Below, piece by piece: positions 21,257-28,902 of a DNA stretch of 64,000 nucleotides (position 1 is the first letter of the stretch; every line of letters begins with the position of its first letter). Where the stretch lies: NCBI GenBank assembly GCA_963707025.1, contig CAVPOM010000002.1:1-64000 (forward strand), in the 5' to 3' direction. Source of the stretch: an uncultured Verrucomicrobiae bacterium (GTDB lineage Bacteria > Verrucomicrobiota > Verrucomicrobiia > Limisphaerales > Palsa-1400). The position numbers were made by a program, and so were the translations under genes. The notes below the pieces were generated by a model. That model had not been told where the DNA came from. It was given only the letters and a program-made list of their open reading frames with translations, and did no database searches.

Positions 21257-22837
21257 TCACCTTTTGCCAGCGGCCTCCGGCTCGGCCCGCCCGGCGGCCT
21301 GGAGGGAGACGGGTTGAACCAATTGGCGGAGCAGCTTGCGCTCGCGGTCGTAAATGCTGACACAGAGCGGCAGGTGGCCGGGCAGGGAATGGGTGGCGCA
21401 GCCGAAACAAGGGTCGTAGGCGCGGAAGGCCATCTCCACCATGTTCAGCAGGCCCTCAGTCACGTTGCCTTTCTTGATAAGGCCCCTGGCGGCCTTTTCC
21501 ACGCTCATGGCGATGCGGGCGGCGTTGTTTTGCGTGGCGACGATGAGGTTGGCCTTGGTGATGAGGCCCTGGCCGTCCGTCTCGTAATGATGGTAGAGCG
21601 TGCCGCGCGGCGCCTCGACCACGCCGACACCGACGCTGGGCTTGGCGCTCGGAATGACGCGCAGGTCGGTGCTGACAATCTCCGGGTCGTTGATCAACTC
21701 GACCATGCGTTCGGCGGCGCAAATCATTTCCACGACGCGCGCCCAATGGTTGGCCAGCGTGTGATGCACCGGCTTGCCGCCGAGAGTGTTGAAATACTCC
21801 TCGCAGGCCTTCTGCGCCTGCGGTGTGGGCATCCCGTCGGCCACGTTGAGACGCGCCAGTGGCGCCACCGCGTAAACGCTGCTCTGCGGCCCTTCCTCGA
21901 ATCCGTGCCAGCCCAGCGGCTTAAGATAGCAAAACTTGACGTAACTCCACGGCTCGACATGTTCGGCCACGAAGTCGCGATACTGCCGGGCGGGAAACTT
22001 GGCATACTCCCGGCCGTTTGCATCCACCACCCGCACCAGGCCATCGTAGAAGTTGACTCGATTTTGCGCGTCCACCAGACCCATGTAGTAAGTGCGGTGA
22101 GTATAGGTGTCCGAGGTGATCAGCTTCACATAGTCGGGATTCTTCAAAACGATGTCGTGGAAGACCTGAAGGGTGAACAAGGCGAAGTCCAGCGTGTCTT
22201 TGGCCAGTTCCTTGAACGGCGGCAGGTCCTCCGGCTTGAGTCCCTTGGACACCCCGCCCGGCAGGCCCAGCACGGGATGAATCACCTTGCCGCCGAAGTA
22301 AGCGATGAGTTCGCGCAAGCGGCGGCGCATGGCAATGACTTTCCGGCCGACTTCGATCCCGACCTTCTCGATTACGCCCACCACGTTGCGCTGTTCCGGC
22401 GGCGCTTGCGGCCCGACAATGAAGTCCGGGCCGCCGAGGATGTAAACGTGGAGCGCATGGTCCTCCATCATAAACGCGTTATAGACCAGCTCGCGAATCT
22501 TGCGGGCGGCGGGCGGCGGTTCCACCTGGTAAAGGTCATCCAGCGCCTTGGTGGCGGCCATGTGGTGTGCCGTGGGGCAAACGCCGCAGATGCGGCTGGT
22601 GATCTGGGGCATGTCCTCGGCGGGCCGGCCAAGGCTGAAGACCTCGAAACCGCGCAACTCGGGGATTTGCAGGTAAGCGCGCTCCACATCGCCTTGGTCG
22701 TCCAGGAAAATGTCAATCTTGCCGTGGCCTTCCAGGCGGGTAACCGGGTCAATCGTCACACGCCGCCGCTCCCCGTGGGCGGCCGCATTGGCGCGCGCGG
22801 GGGCTGTGTTCCAAACTTTGGCGGTCTCCGGGTTCAT
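21257..22837 (-). CDS. mvhA: Group 3c-type [NiFe]-hydrogenase large subunit
   Basis: IDPVTRLEGHGKI, L1 SRICGVCPTAH, EAPRGTLYHHY, L2 RAYDPCFGCATH followed by a cleavable C-terminal extension. Confidence 0.92.
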   Translation of the reverse strand: MNPETAKVWNTAPARANAAAHGERRRVTIDPVTRLEGHGKIDIFLDDQGDVERAYLQIPELRGFEVFSLGRPAEDMPQITSRICGVCPTAHHMAATKALDDLYQVEPPPAARKIRELVYNAFMMEDHALHVYILGGPDFIVGPQAPPEQRNVVGVIEKVGIEVGRKVIAMRRRLRELIAYFGGKVIHPVLGLPGGVSKGLKPEDLPPFKELAKDTLDFALFTLQVFHDIVLKNPDYVKLITSDTYTHRTYYMGLVDAQNRVNFYDGLVRVVDANGREYAKFPARQYRDFVAEHVEPWSYVKFCYLKPLGWHGFEEGPQSSVYAVAPLARLNVADGMPTPQAQKACEEYFNTLGGKPVHHTLANHWARVVEMICAAERMVELINDPEIVSTDLRVIPSAKPSVGVGVVEAPRGTLYHHYETDGQGLITKANLIVATQNNAARIAMSVEKAARGLIKKGNVTEGLLNMVEMAFRAYDPCFGCATHSLPGHLPLCVSIYDRERKLLRQLVQPVSLQAAGRAEPEAAGKR

Positions 22838-23829
22838 AGGGCCTCCTTGGCAGGTTCCACCGGCAGGCTCACCTTGCGCCGCAACAAACTCTTCGCCAAT
22901 CCGTAGCGGTAGAAGGTCCCCACCGGGTCAGGAATGCCGGCCAGGATGTCGCCGATTTCCTTCCCGTCCTTGGAGACAAGGTTCGCGCACAACGAGGAGA
23001 GGATTTTTGCGCCCTGGTCGCGCACCCGCGACGTTGGCCCGAAACACCCGGTGCAGGGCATGTTGCCGCCGGGACAGAGCGCTTCGCAGCCCCCGCGCGT
23101 GGCGGGACCCATGCAGACGACACCCTGCGCCAGCAGGCAGAGATTGGGGTCGAGCACCACTTGATGCGGGCGCTTGAACCCGGTGAAGCCCAAGTCGGCC
23201 GGTTTGCTGGCCTTGCGCGGGCACTGCTCGCACAGGGCCACGTCGGGCCCCAGCACGCTGCCTTTGGGCGGGAGCCTGCCTTCCAGCAAGGCGCCGATGG
23301 CCGCTTTGGTCATTTTTGGCGTGGGCGGGCAGCCGGGGATATAAAAGTCCACATCCACCACTTGGTCCAGCGCGCGCACGACCTGGTGAAATTCCGGCAA
23401 GGTCACGGTGTGGCCGTTATTCTGAAACGCAGTCTGGGGCCGGGTTTTGGCCTCGTTCACCACCGTGGGCGCTTCCTCGTAAACGTAACGGAGAAGTTGC
23501 TCGCGCGAAAACTGATTGGCCAGACTGGGAATGCCGCCCAGATGCGCGCAGGCGCCGTAGGCGATGAGGTATTGGCTCTTGCGGCGGAGCAAATGCGCCA
23601 TCTCCTCCTGCTCGCTCGTGCGGATCGCGCCGTTGAGCAGCGTGGCGGCGATGGATTTGTCCGGCATCGCCTCGACGTGCTTCTTCTTGAAATCCATCGC
23701 CACCGGCCAGAAGATAATATCCACGGCCTCGACCACGCTGAGGATGTCCTCAGCCAAATCCACGACGGCTTCCTCGCAACCGCCGCACGAGGCGCACCAG
23801 TAGAAGCCGATTTTGGGTTTATCAGGCAT
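22834..23829 (-). CDS. mvhG: [NiFe]-hydrogenase small subunit
   Basis: WCASCGGCE, YGACA, IPGCPP, LCEQCPR, CLLAQGVVCMGPATRGGCEALC, PCTGCFG. Confidence 0.92.
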   Translation of the reverse strand: MPDKPKIGFYWCASCGGCEEAVVDLAEDILSVVEAVDIIFWPVAMDFKKKHVEAMPDKSIAATLLNGAIRTSEQEEMAHLLRRKSQYLIAYGACAHLGGIPSLANQFSREQLLRYVYEEAPTVVNEAKTRPQTAFQNNGHTVTLPEFHQVVRALDQVVDVDFYIPGCPPTPKMTKAAIGALLEGRLPPKGSVLGPDVALCEQCPRKASKPADLGFTGFKRPHQVVLDPNLCLLAQGVVCMGPATRGGCEALCPGGNMPCTGCFGPTSRVRDQGAKILSSLCANLVSKDGKEIGDILAGIPDPVGTFYRYGLAKSLLRRKVSLPVEPAKEAL

Positions 23830-24364
23830 GGGCCGCCTCCGGTTCGGCGGATGGCTCCGCCAAGGCGCTGTTGCCCGCCGACTCGGCGGGATGGGTCATC
23901 TCGCCGTCCCAGTCCTGGCGGCGTTGCGGCAGGTTGAGCGGCCCGAGCGCACGGACTTGATCCACCATCTCGTTAATGACGGTTTTGAGCCGTTCGCCCT
24001 CCGACGCGGAAATCCATTCCAACCGCACCCGCTGGTCTTCGATGCCCAGATCGGACAAGAGGCGCTGGAGCATGAGAAACCGGCGCACCGTCTTGTAGTT
24101 GCCCTCGACATAGTGGCAATCGCCCAAATGACAGCCGCCAATCAGCACGCCGTCCGCGCCCTGGCCCAGCGCGTCCAGAATGAACTGCGGGTCCACGCGA
24201 CCGGAGCACATGAGCCGGATGACGCGGACGTTGGAGGCGTACTTCAACCGCGAGACGCCGGCCAAGTCCGCGGCGGTGTAAGTACACCAGTTGCAGAAGA
24301 ACGCGACAATGCGGGGCTGCCAAGCGGCGCCAGGCGGAGGGGCTTGCGATGTTGCGGGAATCAT
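23822..24364 (-). CDS. mvhD: Hydrogenase [2Fe-2S] subunit MvhD
   Basis: IVAFFCNWCTYTAADLAG, MCSGRVDP, GGCHLGDCHY, WISASEG. Confidence 0.95.
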   Translation of the reverse strand: MIPATSQAPPPGAAWQPRIVAFFCNWCTYTAADLAGVSRLKYASNVRVIRLMCSGRVDPQFILDALGQGADGVLIGGCHLGDCHYVEGNYKTVRRFLMLQRLLSDLGIEDQRVRLEWISASEGERLKTVINEMVDQVRALGPLNLPQRRQDWDGEMTHPAESAGNSALAEPSAEPEAAHA

Positions 24365-24390
24365 GAGGGACCTTTCATAGCACAAAATCA

Positions 24391-24929
24391 AAATCCGAAA
24401 CTCGAAATCCGAAACAAATCTAAAATCCAAACGGCAAATGCCCGAAACGCATTCACCATGACTGTCAGCAGTAACATCCACCGGGGTTTCATTGGTTTGC
24501 CTCCGCTTTTCGAACGATCGCGCCGAAAATGCTGGTCAATTCGGCCGCCTCCTGGATCAGCGCCGCGCGTGTGGTCTCCAGTTCCATCTTGTCTGCCGCG
24601 TACAGGAGCCGGAGAAAGAAACGGCATTCCTTGGCTTCCTTCCGACAAATCTTTGCCCGCATAACGAAGTCTTTCTTGCTTAACGCCTCGTTGGCCTCGA
24701 TATAGTTGGCTCCGGCGGAACCGGATGCCCGCACCAACTGTTTCACGTCTTCGAGGTTCGACAGCGTTCTGGGGAATTGGCGCACGAAGGCGCGGACGTT
24801 CTGGGCGAACTGGAACGTCCGGTCCTCCAGGTCGTAATGCTTTGGATTTTCGTCGCGCGTCATGCGGGCAGGTTTTGAGTTTTAGTAATTGATGATTTGA
24901 ATTTGTTTCGGATTTCGAGCTTCGGATTT
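24391..24929. repeat. 29-bp inverted repeats built of AAATCCG-like heptamers flanking the four-helix-bundle gene
   Basis: 24391-24419 AAATCCGAAACTCGAAATCCGAAACAAAT versus reverse complement of 24901-24929 AAATCCGAAGCTCGAAATCCGAAACAAAT (28/29). Confidence 0.9.
24489..24863 (-). CDS. Four helix bundle protein (23S rRNA IVS-protein/Avd-like family)
   Basis: YDLEDRTFQFA, QLVRASGSAGANYIEA, SKKDF..ICRKEAKEC, EAAELTSIF. Confidence 0.9.
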   Translation of the reverse strand: MTRDENPKHYDLEDRTFQFAQNVRAFVRQFPRTLSNLEDVKQLVRASGSAGANYIEANEALSKKDFVMRAKICRKEAKECRFFLRLLYAADKMELETTRAALIQEAAELTSIFGAIVRKAEANQ

Positions 24930-24936
24930 CGGATTT

Positions 24937-26934
24937 TTAATCCGCCAGCACTCCTTTGATTTCGCTGAAGATTTCCTCGTCCTCAAACAGGTTCTGCCTG
25001 ATCGAACCGCTCGGACAGGCCGCCACGCAGGTGCCGCAGCCTTTGCACAGCGCCTCGTTGATCCGCGCCTTCTGCTTGGCCTCGTCGAAGGAAATCGCCG
25101 TGTAGGGACAGAGCGGGAGGCACGATTTGCAGCCGGAACAATCGGCTTCGACGATGTAAGCCGTGTTCGGCTCCTGTTCGATATAGCCCTTGTCAATCAG
25201 CGCCATGGCTTCGGCGGCGGCCGCGCCCGCTTGCGCGATGCTGTCGGGGATGTCTTTCGGCCCCTGGCAGCAACCGGCGATGAACAGGCCGTCGGTGAAC
25301 GTGCTCACGGGGGCCAGCTTGGGGTGCTTCTCCAGGAACCAGCCTTCCGTGCCGCAGCTCATGTTGAACAGCCGCCGCACTTCCTGCGCGTCGGCCTGCG
25401 GTTCCATGCCCGCGGCCAGCACGATCATGTCCACCGGAATCCGGCGCACGAAACCGGCCAGCGTGTCCTCCACCCGGATCACCAGCTTGCCTTCTTCTTC
25501 CGGCGCCATCGCCCAGTCGGTCACCTCGGCCACCCGGCCGCGCACGAACTGGATGCCCTCCTTGAGCGACTTGTCGTAGAACTCCTCGCAGCCTTTGCCC
25601 GGCGCGCGGATGTCGAGATAGAACACGGTCACGTCTGCGCCGGTGTGTTCGCGCACCAGTTGCGCCAGTTTCATCGAGTGCATGCAGCAGGTGCGGGAAC
25701 ACCAGCGGTTGGTTTTCATGTCGCGCGAGCCGACGCACAGGATGAAGCCGACCGACTTGGGATGACGGCCATCGCGCAGCACGATTTCACCCGAAGTCGG
25801 GCCGGAACTGTTGACCAGCCGTTCCAGTTCAATCGAAGTGACCACGTTCGGATAAAGGCCGTAGCCGTATTGGGGAATCCGCTTGGCATCGAAGAGTTTG
25901 AAGCCCGTCGCGACGATGATGTTGCCGACTTTGATTTCTACCAGTTCCTCTTTCTGCGCGAAGTCAATCGCGTGGCGGTCGGCGCAGGCCTCCAGGCACG
26001 TTTTCTTGCACTTGCCCGTCCGGACCTGCAGGCAGCGGGCCGGGTCAATCAACACCACCTGCGGCACGGCTTGGGGGAAAGGGATGTAAATGGGCTTGCG
26101 CTTGCTCAGGCCCACATTGAATTCGTCCGCGAACTTCGGCTCTTTGAAGACGCAGGCCTGAATGCACTCCTGGCAGCCCACGCACAAGGCCTCGTTCACA
26201 TAACGCGGCTTGCGTTTGACCGTGACTGTGTAATTTCCCACGTAACCGGCGACCTTCACCACCTCCGAGTAAGTCCACAGCGTGATATTCTCGTGCGAAC
26301 GGACGGCGGACATCTTGGGGGTGAGGATGCAGGCGGCGCAATCCAGCGTGGGGAACGTCTTGTCGAACTTGGCCATGTGCCCGCCGATGCTCGGTTCCCG
26401 TTCCACCAGGAAAACTTTCTTGCCCGCGTTGGCCAGCGTGATGGCCGCGTGAATGCCCGCGATCCCACCCCCCACCACCAGCACGTCGGGGTGAATCGGA
26501 ACGCGCGTCGTCTCCAGCGCCCGATGAAATCGAACGCGCCCAATTGCGGCCTGCGCCAGCGACTTGGCTTTCGCGGTGGCTTCCGCGCGGTCGGTATGAA
26601 CCCACGAATCGTGCTCGCGGATGTTGACCATCTGGAAATAAAACCCGTTCAGTCCGCCCGCCGCGACGGCGTGGCGGAACGTCTGCTCATGCAGCAACGG
26701 CGAGCAGGAGGCCACCACCACGCGGTTGAGCTTGTGCTCACGGATGTCTTGTTGGATCAACTCCTGCCCCGCGCCAGAGCACATGTATTTGTAGTCGCGC
26801 GACACCACCACGCCGGGAAGTTTGGCCATGGATTGCGCCACGGCGGGGCAATCCACCATCCCGGCGATGTTGTGCCCGCAGTGGCAGATGTAGAAGCCGA
26901 TGCGAACGTCGCCATTCCTGTCGTTGGTGTTCAT
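24937..26934 (-). CDS. hdrA: Heterodisulfide reductase flavoprotein subunit A
   Basis: GFYICHCGHNI, YMCS, VVASCSP, VNIREH, GGGIAG, KTFPTLDCAACIL, CVGSRD..CSRTCC, GCCQGPKDI, C-terminal 2x[4Fe-4S]. Confidence 0.96.
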   Translation of the reverse strand: MNTNDRNGDVRIGFYICHCGHNIAGMVDCPAVAQSMAKLPGVVVSRDYKYMCSGAGQELIQQDIREHKLNRVVVASCSPLLHEQTFRHAVAAGGLNGFYFQMVNIREHDSWVHTDRAEATAKAKSLAQAAIGRVRFHRALETTRVPIHPDVLVVGGGIAGIHAAITLANAGKKVFLVEREPSIGGHMAKFDKTFPTLDCAACILTPKMSAVRSHENITLWTYSEVVKVAGYVGNYTVTVKRKPRYVNEALCVGCQECIQACVFKEPKFADEFNVGLSKRKPIYIPFPQAVPQVVLIDPARCLQVRTGKCKKTCLEACADRHAIDFAQKEELVEIKVGNIIVATGFKLFDAKRIPQYGYGLYPNVVTSIELERLVNSSGPTSGEIVLRDGRHPKSVGFILCVGSRDMKTNRWCSRTCCMHSMKLAQLVREHTGADVTVFYLDIRAPGKGCEEFYDKSLKEGIQFVRGRVAEVTDWAMAPEEEGKLVIRVEDTLAGFVRRIPVDMIVLAAGMEPQADAQEVRRLFNMSCGTEGWFLEKHPKLAPVSTFTDGLFIAGCCQGPKDIPDSIAQAGAAAAEAMALIDKGYIEQEPNTAYIVEADCSGCKSCLPLCPYTAISFDEAKQKARINEALCKGCGTCVAACPSGSIRQNLFEDEEIFSEIKGVLAD

Positions 26935-27803
26935 ACGGTGGCGGGTTTGGCCGGCAACGGTTTCATGGGAACAAAGTTGCGCTGCAGACCCAGTTTCTCC
27001 GGCGCCATGCCGAAGGCCAGTCCCATCAATTGCGTGAAATAGACCGTCGCGACGCGCGCCGGCCCCCAGCGCCGCTTAATCTGGTCGTGATAGGCGTCCA
27101 GGTTGAACTGGCAAAGCGGACAGATCGTGGCGATCACGTCCGCGCCGCGGCGGACGGCTTCCTTGAGCAGGATGTAGGTCAGGCGCAGCCCCGCTTCCGG
27201 CACCGTGCCGGTCAAACTCCCGCCGCAACACTTGGTCTTGAGCGGGTAAGGCACGACCTCGGCCCCGAGCGTGGCCAGCAGCCGGTCCATCGTCGTGGGA
27301 TTCCAGGCGTCGTCGAACGTCGCGTAAGGGCGCACCACCTGGCAGCCGTAGTAGGGCGCCACTTTCAATCCCTTCAGGGGCCGGACGACTTTTTCCTTGA
27401 TGACGTCCAGTCCCACGTCGTGAATGAGCACGTCGAGCGGATGACGCACCGGCACCTTGCCGCTGTAAGTGAGACGGGCCTTGCGCAGGGCGCCCCGCAC
27501 GGCCGCGTTGATTTCGGGAAAGTCGGCGATGTTGTGCTTGGTCTTGTTGAGCACCAGATAACAAGCGCTGCACGGGGTCACCAGATCGTGCGGGCCGGCT
27601 TTCTCGGCGATGGCGAGATTGCGCGCGGCCAGCACGGCGGCCTTGGCCTCGTCCACCGACATGTAGGCCGTGGCGCCGCAACAGTTCCAATCCTCCAGCT
27701 CGACCAGTTCGACGCCGAGGTGCTGCATGACGGGCAGCAATGATTCCTCATAAGCCCGACCCAGCCCTTTGAGCGAGCAACCGGGGAAATAGGAGTATTT
27801 CAT
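26931..27803 (-). CDS. hdrB: Heterodisulfide reductase subunit B
   Basis: YFPGCS, WNCCGA, PCSACY, YYGCQ, KCCGGS, ICPLCQFNLD (two CCG domains). Confidence 0.95.
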   Translation of the reverse strand: MKYSYFPGCSLKGLGRAYEESLLPVMQHLGVELVELEDWNCCGATAYMSVDEAKAAVLAARNLAIAEKAGPHDLVTPCSACYLVLNKTKHNIADFPEINAAVRGALRKARLTYSGKVPVRHPLDVLIHDVGLDVIKEKVVRPLKGLKVAPYYGCQVVRPYATFDDAWNPTTMDRLLATLGAEVVPYPLKTKCCGGSLTGTVPEAGLRLTYILLKEAVRRGADVIATICPLCQFNLDAYHDQIKRRWGPARVATVYFTQLMGLAFGMAPEKLGLQRNFVPMKPLPAKPATV

Positions 27804-28399
27804 GGAATCTCCTTTGGTTTGCCCTCCCCGCTGCCGGAGGCTCCCAGCATCGCCTCCAGTTCGGCGCGGCGTTCGATGCGTTCGTGCCGGAGCACAAACC
27901 GCCCGGTGCGGATCAATCCCAGTCCCAGCCGCCACGAGCCGAGCACGGCGCGCCAATTCGCCTTGAAGAACAATCTCATCACCAGCAGCGTCTCAGTGAT
28001 GCGCCCTTTGCGGCGGACCATCTCGTAGAATTCCTTCGCCAGCACGGCAATCGGGAAATGCTTTGGATAGATGCCGTCCTGGATGGCCCGCTGCTTCAAC
28101 GCATACATTATGTCGGTGATGCGAATCAGCCGCGGGCACTCCACGGTGCAGGCGTAACAGGAGGCGCACAGCCAAATGGTGTGGCTGCGCAGCACTTCGT
28201 TTTTGAAATCGGCCCGCACCAGCGCCATGACCTGGCGCGGCGAGTAATCCATGTAGATGCTCAACGGGCAGGTGCCCGAACAGGTGCCGCACTGGATGCA
28301 GCTCTGCAGTTGCTCGCAGCCGGACACGCTCATGATCTCCTTCGCAAACCCTCTGACCCGGTCGGCTTCGTATTTGATCGTGCGTTCGATTCGCATCAT
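27800..28399 (-). CDS. hdrC: Heterodisulfide reductase subunit C
   Basis: CIQCGTCSGTCP and WLCASCYACTVECP clusters; overlaps the hdrB start. Confidence 0.93.
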   Translation of the reverse strand: MMRIERTIKYEADRVRGFAKEIMSVSGCEQLQSCIQCGTCSGTCPLSIYMDYSPRQVMALVRADFKNEVLRSHTIWLCASCYACTVECPRLIRITDIMYALKQRAIQDGIYPKHFPIAVLAKEFYEMVRRKGRITETLLVMRLFFKANWRAVLGSWRLGLGLIRTGRFVLRHERIERRAELEAMLGASGSGEGKPKEIP

Positions 28400-28902
28400 A
28401 ATTGGCCTTGCTCTCCGGCGGTGGCCCCGCCCCGGAACCACGCAACATGCGCCGTGACTCTCTCAAATTAAGTCCCTGCCCGGCAGAAAGTCTCACCCTG
28501 TGTTGGCAAAAACCCGCCATCCTTTGCCCGTGTCAGCGGCCCAAAATTGCCGCCAAAACCTCCCTGGCCTCTCGCTGGCGAGTCGTTAGGTGGTCTTATT
28601 GACCTACAGTATATAATAAGTATTTCTTAATTCCAGGAAGGCAGACGCAAGCGGCAAACCGGGCGCCAGCGGCCGACAGGCCGGCGGTAAGCTTTGGACC
28701 GAAGGCCTTATTCAAGGCGGTGGTCAACGGCAGGATCCGGCGGATTTCCTGCGGAGGGAGCGGGCCCAAGACCGGTAGAAACGATGGAACCAGAAGAAGG
28801 AATTGCCAGGCGCATGCAGCGAAAAAGCTTTCGTTGTCGGGCAGTCCCGTTAAAATCTTACCGCTTGGAGCCAGGGACATTAATAATGAGAAGGAAAATA
28901 AA

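Noticed and set aside
24489..24863. 23S rRNA intervening sequence
   Set aside because: Flanks are hdrA and mvhD; no rRNA sequence is present.
21257..26934. Selenocysteine recoding in MvhA/MvhD/HdrA, or an archaeal methanogen origin of the contig
   Set aside because: ORFs are open with Cys at the relevant motifs, and the context (TolC, RND pump, lipoproteins) is diderm bacterial.
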